Counted from the stretch's first letter, positions 39,301 through 53,429 are shown. The stretch is 64,000 bases of DNA from Antedon mediterranea (GCF_964355755.1 NC_092674.1:17050001-17114000), one strand, 5' to 3'. The notes: generated by a model not told the origin, from the letters alone. Made by a program: numbers and translations.

Positions 39301-40392
39301 CGGATCATGTATTAATATGGCTAACCGGACATTTTAACGTCATCGTATGGCCACACGAATATAAAATTGAGGATTTTTGTATCTTTCGTCATAGCTCATC
39401 ACATTTAATAGAGCGCATCTCCACTTATACATTTTCCATTTTCACCCCGATTTTGATATTGTCTAGGTCAATCAACTATCTTTCGCATGAGTTAAAATAT
39501 TTTAATTTTTATGACGTCATCATGCCTAACAATTTAAATTAAGTGGGTCATTAAATTCATCTTTACAATAAATTTTAATCTGTTATAGCTCGTAAGAATA
39601 AATTCAGCAAAAACAACATATCATATTCTTCTGTGTGCAATATTCCAATGTGTGACTTGCGCGTGGCGTTTGTCGTGCGGATAACTAACTCGTCAAAGTG
39701 ACGAGTTTCATGTCTAGTTAGTTATCCGCATTCAGCGGATAACTCCTTGTAACTGTATGAAATCATCTTTTTTTTTTTCTGTATTATTAGTTATCCGCTT
39801 AGTAGCGGATAACTCCTTGTAATCGTCCTGTTACTTTTTTTTTTCTTATTTCTTTCTCCCCCATTTTTGTGTCTCACGTATCTCAAAAACTTGTAAACAT
39901 AACATTTCATAACTTTGTCAACATATGGGCATATACGTGAAGTTGTGCACCTCCGGATCATGTATTAATATGGCTAACCGGACATTTTAACGTCATCGTA
40001 TGGCCACACGAATATAAAATTGAGGATTTTTGTATCTTTCGTCATAGCTCATCACATTTAATAGAGCGCATCTCCACTTATCCGTATTCCATTTCCCCTC
40101 ATTTTTTTATATTGTCTATTCCAATCAATTATCTTTCGCATGATATACCGTTTTAAAATTGTGATGACGTCATCATGTCCAAAAGCGTCAATAACTTGGG
40201 CCACTTATTTTCACCTATTCTTCACTGTATGTAGTACGTATACAATATATAGTGTAAACTGTATATACTTAGATGTGACACAAAATAGAGAGCGCACTAA
40301 CATTCTCTACGCAATATTCTAACGTATGATGTGCACGTGGCGTTTGCTCTGCGGATAACCTACCTCGTCCGTAGTGACGATTTCAAATCTAG
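27320..40392 (+). mobile_element. Nested/tandem array of Helentron-like (HINE/DINE-1-type) non-autonomous elements in the HS6ST intron
   Basis: Nine 3' ends (GCGGATAAC..CTCGTCAAAGTGACGAG..TCTAG-T) ending near 27845, 29703, 31497, 33006, 34975, 36833, 38609, 39717 and 40392. About 19 hairpin 5' heads (GTTATCCGC-loop-GCGGATAAC) are followed by T-tracts. Related bodies are about 0.5-1.8 kb, all in one orientation. Confidence 0.8.
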
Positions 40393-40517
40393 TTACACTT
40401 AGAACTAATTAAAAAAAATGTAAAAAAATATATATGTATTTTCCGGGGACATTTTTGTAGGGGAATTTTACAGTAGGCGGAGTTTTGTACTCTCAGAGTA
40501 CCCTCTAGTTACTTATA

Positions 40518-41417
40518 CAGTCGACATTCTCAATTACGTACCCCTCAGTCTAAGAGAAGTTCGTAAATGAGAAGGTTCGGAAAAAAGCGTCCCCTCTAAT
40601 AAAATCAGTGGTAAAAACATGTCCAAACAAATGCCCCCTATGTAAAACTTACTGTGCATAGTACAGTAAAAGAACAAACACTATTGAAAATACAGTATAA
40701 AACAATTCAATTTAACATGTAAATTAACACCTTCACTGCCAGTTCCAAAAAGATTGATATTTCTGCTTTTTGTTATGTTTACACATTCTCTGTACCAAAA
40801 TTCCATCGTTTACTTTTTATTATTGCATATTGATACAAACTGTAATAAGTAATAATATCATATCCGTTCTGGACCGTAAATATTTTACATTTTGAAGCTA
40901 CTATGTATGTGTTGTGTGGTGGATGGAAAAACAGTTTTAAAATGTTAATAAATAAGAGTCAAGTGTTTTTTTATATCGTAAAAACATGCACCCACCAAAC
41001 TAAATTTATAGTATGGTCATCGTAGCTAGCCTTTTTGCAGTTCGCGATCAACCTTTGGTTTTTTCAAAAACATGTGCAGGGTGCTCTCCATGCACTCCAG
41101 CAGTAGTACAGTGGGGATGATGATCTCCTGACCACTAGCTTAGGCCTAGTAGACTAAACGGCCTAGGCCTTAACGGCATATAGGCCTAGGCAACTTTTAA
41201 ACTAGAAATAAATAGAATACGTGGATCGTTTGTAATAACCTTTGCTTTATTTATGAAATAATTGTTTTGGGATAGTTTAATAAATTAAGAAGATAATAAA
41301 TTAAATTAGTATGGAACGTAAAAGTTTTATTATATTACTGATGACGTCATCGTTCGAACGGCGTTCGTAAAATAGAAGGTTCGTAATTGAGAAGTGTGTA
41401 AATGAGAAGGCCGACTG
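40518..41417. mobile_element. Tc1/mariner (Tigger-like) MITE
   Basis: Imperfect TIRs CAGTCGACATTCTCAATTAC / GTAAATGAGAAGGCCGACTG with TA flanks. Confidence 0.7.
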
Positions 41418-41456
41418 TAGTGCTATGATTAATTTTATACTGTATGTGTTTTTCAG

Positions 41457-42117
41457 ATATTATTACATTACAATGCTGCGTAACCCGGTTTCACGTTATC
41501 TTAGTGAATGGCGTCATGTTCAACGAGGTGCAACATGGAAAAATTCTAAACACATGTGTGATGGCAAAGGAACTAATGAATTACCTGTATGTTACAGTGG
41601 GGAAGATTGGAAGAATGTTGAATTAAAAGAATTTATGGCTTGTGAATACAACTTAGCTAATAACAGACAGACAAGAATGCTGGCCGACCTATCTATTATT
41701 GGGTGTTATAATATGTCTTTCATGTCTGAGCAAGAGAGAAATAATAAAATGCTTAAAAGTGCAAAGAAGAATCTTCGACACATGGCATATTTTGGTTTGA
41801 CGGAGTACCAAAAAAAAAGCCAGTTTATATTTGAAAAGACTTTTAAGCTAAATTTTATTGATCCGTTTCAGCAGTTTAATCGTACATTAGCAGAACAGTC
41901 GCCAATTACCAATGATGAAAGGAAACAAATTGAAAAACTAAACCAACTGGATATTGAGCTTTACTCATTTTCCAAGAAATTGTTTTTCCAGAGGTACAAT
42001 AAAATGAAAGAAATATTTTCTAAGCAGAAAAGCAATTGGGAAAGTTCGTCATCAATATCTTCCTTCTCAAGTGTTGAAGATAATGAACTATCTTCAGATG
42101 ATTCACATTATGTCTAA
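41457..42117 (+). CDS. HS6ST: Heparan-sulfate 6-O-sulfotransferase, coding exon 2 (spliced CDS 1176 nt, 391 aa)
   Basis: Acceptor ttttcag|A completes AGA in phase. YYITMLRNPVSRYLSEWRHVQRGATW (3'-PAPS site), NLANNRQTRMLADL, FGLTEYQ, LNQLDIELY; TAA at 42115-42117. Confidence 0.95.
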
Positions 42118-43740
42118 TCTATTAAATTTGTTTACAATTTGTATATCTACAACTTATTTAAATATATTAATTCAATATACGTACAGTGAAGCATTGCTGT
42201 AGAAAAGGTCATTGTATGTACGTGATATTTAATGTACTACAGTATTATTGTCTGGAGACCATACAATACAAGGCTATAATACGGTACTAGATTGATACCA
42301 TTTATGTGTTCATGTGCTACATGTAACTTTATATTTTAATTTTAGTTAGAAAATAAGTAGTATGTATTCTCATTGTCCTAATGCTCTGTAAAATAGTATT
42401 AAACAATTCACCTACTGTTCCTATTTCACAATACAGTAGTATGGCTTAATTAATATTATTTATACATTTCTGTTCTATTTATAAGTATTACTTATTATAT
42501 AGCAGTAAATTTTGAATTTTAAAATGATTATACTGTATAGTATTAGTACAGAATGTTGTAAAGTACAGTTAATATATTAAACAATTAAGGGCTTTCGGAA
42601 ATTTTCAAAATATTTGATTTTTTTACTTCTATTTTAAATGTAATTAATATAGGCCTAATAGTTTTTAAAGATCCTTTTTATAAATGTAATAACAAGATTT
42701 TTATATTGTGATGCTTGCTGTGTTACTGTACAGAATATGTTGTCCTGATTAATCTAAAGATATTTTAAGTGATGTATAAGTGGCGAAAATTATTAATTCC
42801 TTTAGAAAATAAAGAAGTTATGGTGCACATCATTAGCAATTTGACAATGACATTCGGTTACATACAGTGGATCTACAAAGTTAACAGTAAACAATGTCTT
42901 TATAATAGTATCTTAATAATGTGTCTTATAAAGAGCAAATTGAATTGCTAGGAATTATGTTTAGTAAATGTTCTGATAAGGTTAAATGCATGTTGTTTAA
43001 ATATGTATTGTGATCATTATAGTATAATTACATTTAAAGGGTACACTGAGGAAACTACAAGTTTGTTACAATTGCGCATTGCATATGATACTTTTCCATG
43101 ACATAATAGTCCATCAGCTATGTTTGTTAGTAATGGTTTGTTATCTTTCAATGAAGAATTAACCATTCTAATGATGTTATGGTTTAATATGCATAATGAG
43201 AAATTGCCTTTACGGCTCAGCAATGGATGTAAACTGGGGATTTTTACTCCTAAGATTTTTAATGTTTTACCAGTCTGTAGTCCATGGGTTGTTGTCTTTG
43301 TTTTATTATTATTTTTTTTATAAAGAGGTTTTTATATGTTATATTTTATATGTACATTGTATACAAATTCAATAATGAATGAAGTAACAAAATCAACCAA
43401 TCAATGGCAAGGTGTGTTTTACAAACTTATATTGTTCTATGCTGTAATGCGAGATGCATTGAGCAATGTGTACAATGATTATTGGTAACACTAAGCTCTT
43501 TTATTATTATTATTTCTTTTATTAGGTGATCATTACGAATGTATTTTATAAACTGCCATAAATTAAGATCAACTCAAAGTGATAATAGTTTCATAGAAAC
43601 GTTCTTATATTGTGCAGTAGAACAATATTGCATGCTTTTCAAAGTAACCTTTGTATTTAACTAAATATTTTGATACCTATAGTGATGTTAGTTTTGTTTT
43701 ATATTAATCTTGTATAATAAATATTGTAATAATTTCATGA
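42118..43740 (+). other. Probable HS6ST 3' UTR with candidate poly(A) signal
   Basis: Largely repeat-free AT-rich stretch after the stop codon; AATAAA at about 43716. Confidence 0.35.
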
Positions 43741-44399
43741 AATGGTGGGCTCTTTTTAGTGACATGCAAAATATTATATTTGGACAGTTTCTACTTGATA
43801 ATACTAAATTTTTTCAATACATTTACAAATCTGTAATATAATAGCACTAAGCCAAAATTTGTTCCTCTATCTCTTCCTAAGCCACAACTCCGATACTAGT
43901 GCCAGTCGAGCTGGGGCACCTTTTATTTCCCCTTTCTCCATTAGTTTGTTTATTATTGTTTGTTTTTTAATTCTTTTCCACACACATCAATATACATTTT
44001 ACTTAAATATTCAGATTTTAAAAAAGTATGATGAGTGTGGAAGGTGACCAAATAAGTTGAAAACTTTAGGATATGGTCACCTTCGTTAATCATCAGAACG
44101 GTATTTAGTTTGGATACCCAGACAAACACACGGGAGAAAAATTATCACTTAAACAATAATTACAGATAAATATACGAAAATGATAAAACAAATGAAGCGT
44201 TCAAGTTAAAAACCATTAATTGTAACAGGAGTCGATCAGATTACAGACCGACCAAGTTAAGTTGAGCGCATCAAAAAATAATATTTAAAAACAAAATAAT
44301 TAAATAAATAAAATTAAGAAATATAGTAAAAAATTATATAATATATTATGTAAATCCAAATATAAATAATTTACAATTCATTTTAACTCTTTAAATCAA

Positions 44400-45045
44400 A
44401 TACAAAAAATATCAAAAGAAGGAAGGAGGAGACTACTCACCATACACTGAGACCAAGAGGCTTTTATAATGATATTTAGATGATGAAAGAGAATGTTTAT
44501 TTTTTAAAGAAGGGGGGATATTTTTCCATAATTTTGGGCCATTGTACAGAATTTAAGAGCGTCTGAGTTTAGAATTTGATAGATCGCTTAAGAAATTTGT
44601 CTGGGAGAATCGTGTATTATATGAGTGGAGCTCGGATGCGTTAGTAAATAATGAACAAACATGGTGGTGGTAATGTTTTATTAGTAAGACGAAACATAAA
44701 AGTGTTTGTTAAAAGTTTATTTAAATCATAAATATTTAGGACATTGTAATAATGAAAACATAATTTAGAATGAGAATTAAATGGTGCCCCTGCACAAATT
44801 CTGACAATTCTTTTTTGTAGTTTAAAAATACTGTACGATCAAGTTTAGTAGATTCTGTACTTGTCCAGGGGCAAAGTGTTTTAAATTTGTCGGGTGTAAC
44901 GGCCCATGCAATGTTACAATAAGGTAAAATCAAAGTGTTATACAAGGACAAAAGAATTTTTGAAAGAAATATATAATTTAGTTTATTAATAATACCGATA
45001 TTTCTAGAAATAATATTACTAATTTTATTTAAATCGGCGTCATCC
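44400..45045 (-). pseudogene. CR1-group LINE 3' fragment (RT C-terminus and 3' UTR)
   Basis: KISNIISRNIGIINKL...ILLSLYNTLILPYCNIAW, with degenerate continuation. Confidence 0.7.
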
Positions 45046-45049
45046 ACGG

Positions 45050-45880
45050 CTTGTCGGTTTTCTTATGGCAAATCGATTTCACGGGGAAAAAATCCGCAAA
45101 TTTCCCATTAAGCACAGTAAGAAATTCATTTGTTTTAACACTTTTTGAGTCGCTATCAAGAACATGGCACCAGTCATGGACGATCCAAATGATCTAACCG
45201 ACGAGTTACGATACGGTTGGATAGTACAAGTGGTGTAGTTAGAGGTAGGTATAACATGGATTGGTTTCAATAGTATACAACAATGGTCGCTACGTCCTAA
45301 GGGGGCCAACTTAGTGGCTTTACTGTATTTATCCGGTCGCTTCATGAACACTTTATCAAGGATGTTATTTTTCCTATGGGTAGGAAAATCATTTGTTCCA
45401 TACCTAATTCAGATTGCATATAGGTAGTGTTTAGATGGTTAAAGTCACCAAGTACCATGATATTTGCCAATCTATCAATTCCATAAATACTATCAATTAT
45501 ATCTCCAACATGCTCTAAAAGTTGGTTGGGGTAGTTGGCAGACGGCGGGTAGTAAATAGCTCCGATATATATAGAACGCGTTTTGCTGTTCTGTGAAGAG
45601 CGATAGCTAATTTGAATTTGCATTCGAATTTGCAATCAGTATGCGTAACAATCGGATGGATTTCCAAGTGGTCCGCTGCAAAGCATGCTACGCCACCGCC
45701 GATTTCATCAGTTCTGTTTTTAAAAACGCCTTTATAATCGCAAAAGTTATCAATACCTTGTGTTTCCTCTGTTAGCCATGTCTCAGTGACTATCGCTACA
45801 TCTACATTATGTTTCTTTAAGGTACAGTGAAATTCGTCTGCTTTATTCTTTAATGACCACGCATTCGTATACATAATTGT
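45050..45880 (-). pseudogene. LINE apurinic-like endonuclease fragment, cut off by the satellite
   Basis: YTNAWSL.NK, IVTETWL, GGGVA, IYYPP, LGDFNH and LGRSDH across frameshifts. Confidence 0.8.
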
Positions 45881-48800
45881 CTATTCTAAGCACTTTGATG
45901 TTTTTATGTTAACAAGTTTTTTCGAAATGCACAAATTGGTCTAAAACGTCTCCAAATGCGATTTGAAGCTATTCTGTACACTTTGATGTTTTTGTGTGAA
46001 AAAGGTTTGTCGAAAGGCTCAAAATGGTCTAAAACATTTTCAAAAACGATATTAAGCTATTTTGTGCACTTTTATGTTTTTGTGTGAAAAGTTTTATCGG
46101 AATGCTCAAAATGCTTTAAAACGGTTTCAAATGTGATTTTAAGCACTTTGATGTTTTTGTGTAACCAAGTTTCACCGAAATGCACAAAATGGTATAAAAC
46201 AAATGCGATTTGAAGCTATTCTAAGCTTTTTGGTCTTTTTATGTTAACAAGTTTTCTCCAAAATGCACAAAATGGTCTAAAACGTCTCCAAATGCGATTT
46301 GAAGCTATTCTAAGCACTTTGGTATTTTTATCTTAACAATTTTTTTCGAAATGCTCAAAATGGTCTGAAACGTTTTCAAATACGATATTAAGCTATTTTG
46401 GGCACTTTGATGTTTTTGTGTGAAAAGTTTCATAGAAATGCACAAAATGGTCTAAATCGGTTTCTAATGTGATTTTAAGCACTTTGATGTTTTTCTGTAA
46501 CCAAGTTTCATCGAAATGCACAAAATGGTCTAAAACGTTTCAAAATGCGATTTGGAGATATTCTAAGCACTTTGGTCTTTTTATGTTAACAGATTTTTTC
46601 GAAATGCACAAAATGGTCTAAAACGTCTCCAAATGCAATTTGAAGCTATTCTGTACACTTTGATATTTTGTGTGAAAAGTTTTATCGAAATGCTCAAAAT
46701 GGTCTAAAACGGTTTCAAATGTGATTTTAAGCACTTTGATGTTTTTGTGTAACCAAGTTTCATCGAAATACACAAAATGGTCTAAAAGGTCTCCAAATGC
46801 GATTTGAAGCATTTCTAAGCACTTTGGTGATTTTATGTTAAAAAGTTTTTTCGAAAATCACAAAATGGTCTAAAACGTCTCCAAATGCGATTTTAAGCTA
46901 TTATAAGCACTTTGATGTTTTTATGTTAACAAGTTTTTTCGAAATGCACAAAATGGTCTAAAACGTCTCCAAATGCGATTTGAAGCTATTCTGTACACTT
47001 TGATGTTTTGTGTGAAAAAGTTTTGTCGAAATGCTCAAAATGTTCTAAACCATTTTCAAATACGATATTAAGCTATTTTGTGCACTTTGATATTTTTGTG
47101 TGAAAAGTTATATCGAAATGCTCAAAATGGTCTAAAACGGTTTCAAATGTGATTTTAAGCACTTTGATGTTTTTGTGCAACCAAGTTTTTTCGAAATGCA
47201 TAAAATGGTCTAAAACGCCTCCTAATGCGATTTGAAGCTATTCTGTACACTTTGATGTTTTGTGTGAAAAAGTTTTGTCGAAATGCTCAAAATGGTCTAA
47301 AACGTTTTCAAACACGATATTAAACTATTTTGTGCAATTTGATGTTTTTGTGTGAAAAGTTTTATCAAAACGCTCAAAATGGTCTAAAACGTCTCTAAAT
47401 GCGATTTGAAGCTATTTTGTGCACTTTGATGTTTTTGTGTGAAAAGTTTTATCAAAACGCTCAAAATGGTCTAAAACGTCTCTAAATGCGATTTGAAGCT
47501 ATTTTGTGCACTTTGATGTTTTTGTGTGAAAAGTTTTATCGAAATGCTCAAAATGCTCTAAAACGGTTTAAAATGTGATTTGAAGCACTTTGATGTTTTT
47601 GTGTAACAAAGTTCCATCGAAATGCACAAAATGGTCTAAACGTCTTTGAATGTAATTTTAAGATATTCTAAACACTTTGGTCTTTTTATGTTAACACATT
47701 TTTTCGAAATGTACTAAATGTTCTAAAACGTCTCCAAATGCAATTTGAATCTATTCTGTACACTTTGATATTTTGTGTGAAAAAGTTTTGTCGAAATGCT
47801 CAAAATGGTCTAAAACGCTTTCAAATACGATATTAAGCTATTTTGTGCACTTTGATATTTGTGTGTGAAAAGTTTTATCGAAATGCTCAAAATGGTCTAA
47901 AACGGTTTCAAATGTGATTTTAAGCACTTTGATGTTTTTGTGCAACCAAGTTTTTTCGAAATGCATAAAATGGTCTAAAACGCCTCCTAATGCGATTTGA
48001 AGCTATTCTGTACACTTTGATGGTTTGTGTGAAAAAGTTTTTGTCGAAATGCTCAAAATGGTCTAAAACGTTTTCAAACACGATATTAAGCTATTTTGTG
48101 CAATTTGATGTTTTTGTGTGAAAAGTTTTATCGAAATGCACACAATGGTCTAAAACGTCTCCAAATGCGATTTGAAACTATTTTGTGCACTTTGATGTTT
48201 TTGTGTGAAAAGTTTTACCAAAACGCTCAAAATGGTCTAAAACGTCTCTAAATGCGATTTGAAGCTATTTTGTGCACTTTGATGTTTTTGTGTGAAAAGT
48301 TTTATCGAAATGCTCAAAATGCTCTAAAACGGTTTTAAATGTGATTTGAAGCAATTTGATGTTTTTGTGTAACCAGGTTCCATCGAAATGCACAAAATGG
48401 TCTAAACGTCTCCAAATGCAATTTGAAGATATTCTAAACACTTTGGTCTTTTTATGTTAACACATTTTTTCGAAATGTACTAAATGTTCTAAAACGTCTC
48501 CAAATGCAATTTGAATCTATTCTGTACACTTTGATATTTTGTGTGAAAAAGTTTTGTCGAAATGCTCAAAATGGTCTAAAACGCTTTCAAATACGATATT
48601 AAGCTATTTTGTGCACTTTGATATTTGTGTGTGAAAAGTTTTATCGAAATGCTCAAAATGGTCTAAAACGGTTTCAAATGTGATTTTAAGCACTTTGATG
48701 TTCTTGTGTAACCAAGTTTCATCGAAATGCACAAAATGGTCTAAAACGTCTCCAAATGCGATTTGAAGCTATTCTAAGCACTTTGGTGTTTTTATGTTAA

Positions 48801-51144
48801 CAAGTTTTTTTGAAAATCACAAAATGGTCTAAAACGTCTCCAAATGTGATTTGAAGCTATTCTAAGCACTTACGATGTTTTTATGTTAACAAGTTTTTAC
48901 GAAATGCACAAAATGGTCTAAAACGTCTCCAAATGCGATTTGAAGCTATTCTGTGCACTTTGATGTTTTTGTGTGAAAAGTTTTATCGACATGCTCAAAA
49001 TGGTTTAAAACGTTTTCAACACGATATTAAGCTATTTTGTGCAATTTGATGTTTTTTGTGAAAAGTTTCATCGAAATGCACAAAATGGTCTAAAACGTCT
49101 CTAAATGCGGTTTGAAGCTATTTTGTACACTTTGATATTTGTGTGTGAAAAGTTTTATCGAAATTCTCAAAATGGTCTAAAACGGTTTCAAATGTGATTT
49201 TAAGCACTTTGATGTTCTTGTGTAACCAAGTTTCATCGAAATGCACAAAATGGTCTAAAACGTCTCCAAATGCGATTTGAATCTATTCTGTGCACTTTGA
49301 TGTTTTTGTGTGAAAAGTTTTATCGACATGCTCAAAATGGTTTAAAACGTTTTCAAACACGATATTAAGCTATTTTGTGCAATTTGATGTTTTTGTGTGA
49401 AAAGTTTTATCGAAATGCACAAAATGGTGTCTCTAAATGCGATTTGAAGCTAATTTGTAAACTTTGATGTTTTTGTGTGAAAAGTTTTATCGAAATGCTC
49501 AAAATGGTCGAAAACGGTTTCAAATGTGATTTTAAGCCCTTTGATGTTTTTGTTTAACCAAGTTTCATCGAAATGCACAAAATGGTCTAAAACGTCTCCA
49601 AATGCGATTTGAAGCTATTCTAAGCACTTTGGTGTTTTTATGTTAACAAGTTTTTTCGAAAATCACAAAATGGTCTAAAACGTCTCCAAATGTGATTTGA
49701 AGCTATTCTAAGCACTTCGATGTTTTTATGTTAACAAGATTTTACCAAATGCACAAAATGGTCTAAAACGTCTCCAAATGCGATTTGAAGCTATTCTGTG
49801 CACTTTGATGTTTTTGTGTGAAAAGTTTTATCGACATGCTAAAAATGGTTTAAAACGTTTTCAACACGATATTAAGCTATTTTGTGCGATTTGATGTTTT
49901 TTGTGAAAAGTTTCATCGAAATGCACAAAATGGTCTAAAACGTCTCCAAATGCGATTTGAAGCATTTCTAAGCACTTTGGTGTTTTTATGTTAAAAAGTT
50001 TTTTCGAAAATCACAAAATGGTCTAAAACGTCTCCAAATGCGATTTGAAGCTATTCTAAGCACGTTGATGTTTTTGTGTGAAAAGTTTTATCGACATGCT
50101 CAAAATGGTTTAAAACGTTTTCAAACACGGTATTAAGCTATTTTGTGCAATTTGATGTTTTTGTGTGAAAAGTTTTATCGAAATGCACAAAATGGTCTAA
50201 AACGTCTATAAATGCGGTTTGAAGCTATTTTGTACACTTTGATATTTGTGTGTGAAAAGTTTTATCGAAATGCTCAAAATGGTCTAAACCGGTTTCAAAT
50301 GTGATTTTAAGCACTTTGATGTTCTTGTGTAACCAAGTTTCATCGAAATGCACAAAATGGTCTAAAACGTCTCCAAATGCGATTTGAAGCTATTCTGTGC
50401 ACTTTGATGTTTTTGTGTGAAAAGTTTTATCGACATGCTCAAAATGGTTTAAAACGTTTTCAAACACGATATTAAGCTATTTTGTGCAATTTGATGTTTT
50501 TGTGTGAAAAGTTTTATCGAAATGCACAAAATGGTGTCTCTAAATGCGATTTGAAGCTAATTTGTAAACTTTGATGTTTTTGTGTGAAAAGTTTTATCGA
50601 AAAGCTCAAAATGGTCGAAAACGGTTTCAAATGTGATTTTAAGCCCTTTGATGTTTTTGTTTAACCAAGTTTCATCGAAATGCACAAAATGGTCTAAAAC
50701 GTCTCCAAATGCGATTTGAAGCATTTCTAAGCACTTTGGTGTTTTTATGTTAAAAAGTTTTTTCGAAAATCACAAAATGGTCTAAAACGTCTCCAAATGC
50801 GATTTGAAGCTATTCTAAGCCCTTTGATGTTTTTGTTTAACCAAGTTTCATCGAAAATCACAAAATGGTCTAAAACGTCTCCAAATGCGATTTTAAGCTA
50901 TTCTAAGAACTTCGATGTTTTTATGTTAACAAGTTTTTTCGAAATGCACAAAATGGTCTAAAACGTCTCCAAATGCGATTTGAAGCTATTCTGTGCACTT
51001 TGATGTTTTTGTGTGAAAAGTTTTATCGACATGCTCAAAATGGTTTAAAACGTTTTCAAACACGATATTAAGCTATTTTGTGCAATTTGATGTTTTTGTG
51101 TGAAAAGTTTTATCGAAATGCACAAAATGGTCTAAAACGTCTCT
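45881..51144. repeat. Satellite array of 88-bp and 78-bp monomer variants, block 1
   Basis: Consensus AAATGCACAAAATGGTCTAAAACGTCTCCAAATGCGATTTGAAGCTATTCTAAGCACTTTGATGTTTTTATGTTAACAAGTTTTTTCG; period 88 at 45881/45969/46057. Confidence 0.95.
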
Positions 51145-51159
51145 TTGTGTTGTTGTGAC

Positions 51160-52031
51160 CGGACGCGATTTTTTTTTTCGTACAAAAGTTGGGGAACCCT
51201 CATGAAACGTCACAAAATAAACATGAATAATTCATCAGTTAAATTTGTTGTTCCGTGGGCACCCAAGCGTATAGCAACAAGTGATACAATTCTTTCTAGG
51301 CCTTGGATTCTAGGTCAATTCACGTGATTGCCTTTGCGCACTCTTCTTCACACACACACCACTATGCAAAATGTGTCGAGGCTAATCGAGAGCTAGGCAA
51401 GACACATTCAGCTGAGTAATAATTGGACATAGCCCAAAGAAAGCTTAGACCCACGAGAATGTGTATAATTTTGTGTACTGTAATTTTTTGATTCTGCTAT
51501 TTTATTATCAAACAATATGCATGTACTCAAAGGAACTTTAAAAATGCGCGTATATGAACACATGAGATGGAAAGATTAGACCCACGAGAATAAAAAATGT
51601 ATTTTTGTGTAATGTAATTTGTTTAATTTTGCTGACTTATTACTCGGACTGTGTCATACCTAACACACACACGTCACATTAGAATAGACATGGGTTTTAG
51701 AGACTAATAATTAGGCCTAATAGTATTAATAGAAACTATAATTTTAACACGTAATTATTTAGTAATAAATTCTATTAAAAAACCCCAAAAACTAAAGGCT
51801 GATTATTTCGACAATCCACACAAAACGCCGCTATTCTTTATGAAATCGCACGCCGCAAACCACAGCGGAGATAGGCCTAGAATCGTATCGCAGTTGTGTA
51901 ATCACCTTCTTGTTGCTATACGCTTGGGTGCACACGGAGTAAGACAATTTAACTGATGAATTATTAATGTTTATTTTTGACGTTTCATGAGGGGTCCCCA
52001 ACTTATGTACGAAAAAAAAAATCGCCGACCG
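51160..52031. mobile_element. MITE with about 130-bp imperfect TIRs and no TSD
   Basis: CGGACGCGATTTTTTTTTTCGTACAAAAGTTGGGGAACCCTCATGAAACGTC is inverted at about 51900-52031. The flanks do not match. Confidence 0.7.
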
Positions 52032-52448
52032 ATCATTGGATGGAAATGTCATTTATTAAAATGACGAATATTAAAACGTGTATATTGGTAAAACATAGAT
52101 GACATAAAAAAACTTAATAATATTAGATAATATAAAAAGGGGTTACGCCCTATACGTTATGTCATCTGAAACCATAAATCAAATACTGCATAACGGATAT
52201 CAGTAATCAGAATATTTAAACAAAGTATAAATCAAAGTATTAAACTCTACTTACTAAACAGTACTTAATATTAGGTTAAAAAATTTGACTTAAGCATCAA
52301 ATATATACATCTATAAATCTACTTGAGTCTGATTAAAATACAAATATGAAATTGGCTGTAGATAAGACATGAGTCTGGGTGTCAGCGCCAAAAACCCAGC
52401 CTTGGATGGGTTCCCACCCAGACCGAACAAAAACCACGGACCTGACCC

Positions 52449-53384
52449 TTATGAACTGAACCATGAAATACGAATGTATTTCTTGAAAACAGAAGATTTC
52501 CATCTCCCAAATTGTAGAATGAGGCTATCTGACATGCCAAATGACGCAGCATGTGTTGCTGCCCCAATACGAAAACTGTGGCCCTTGTAATGGCTCGGAT
52601 TCAACCCAATAAACGACACTGTCGCTCTCAGCCGGCACGCCACAAATTGTTGTGTAACCGCCTTGTCATCAAGGTGCTGAAACAAGGGACCTGTGGACTG
52701 TTGGCAATGTGCGAGGTAGTTTGTTAGTGCGGCCACTGGGCAGTACTTTTCTCTAACCCATGGTGCAAATGATACCGAAACGGGGGATTTTCCAACTCCA
52801 GTTTTGTGGTGTCGTATTATGATTAAGGCCCCTGTTTCGTTCAGAGTTAAATCGTTGCGCTGTACTACGTTTGAATCTTTGGCTTTTGATGCCAATTCTC
52901 CGAGCCGAAAAAAACCCCTGAAACGCTGTAAGAAATAATGCTTCAAGTAACAAACGATGGGGTAGTAATGGTTCTATAAACTGCAATGCATCGAGTAGCC
53001 TAATCAAGATCCCTTTTGTTATGGGAAGCCGAGAGTCCACTTTTGCCGCCCTAGAATGAATTCCGTGGATAATTTTTTGAACGAGGAAAAACCCGCTAGG
53101 ATCCGGTAGGCCTACTAACTTGTGTACGAACGAGATTGCAGACATATGTGAGGAAATTGTTCCTGGTGCCAGACCTTTGTCAAATAAATGAGACAGGAAA
53201 TTACAAATTGTACCTACATCAAGTGGTAAGGGTACTCGTTTTCCTGACCAGGATGCCAACAGTTGCAGACTACGTCTGTAAGCCTTTCTGGTGGCTGGTG
53301 CAAGGGAGGATTCGATTAAGGAGACCGCTGTCGGTGTCAGAGCGGGATTGGCTGCTCCTTGCTGTGGGTCTATAATGGAGAAGC
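52449..53384 (-). pseudogene. Tyrosine recombinase (one frameshift near 52930; no own start codon)
   Basis: SSLAPATRKAY, GLAPGTISSHMSAISFVHKL, RLPIT, GFFRLGEL, HKT, CPV, GHSFRIGAAT, GRWKS..FKKYIR. Confidence 0.9.
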
Positions 53385-53429
53385 CTGTAAAATAAACTAT
53401 ACAAATTAATCTTGTTTAACGTAAGTAAG

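Noticed and set aside
27845-39830. CRISPR-like appearance of palindromic GTTATCCGC...GCGGATAAC repeats with spacers
   Set aside because: The spacers are related T-rich sequences, there are no cas genes, the context is a eukaryotic intron, and the repeats pair with CTAG-ending tails as Helentron-type ends.
44030-44100. Second hammerhead or C/D snoRNA suggested by TGATGA motifs
   Set aside because: No stem II or GAAA geometry, and no D box on the same strand.
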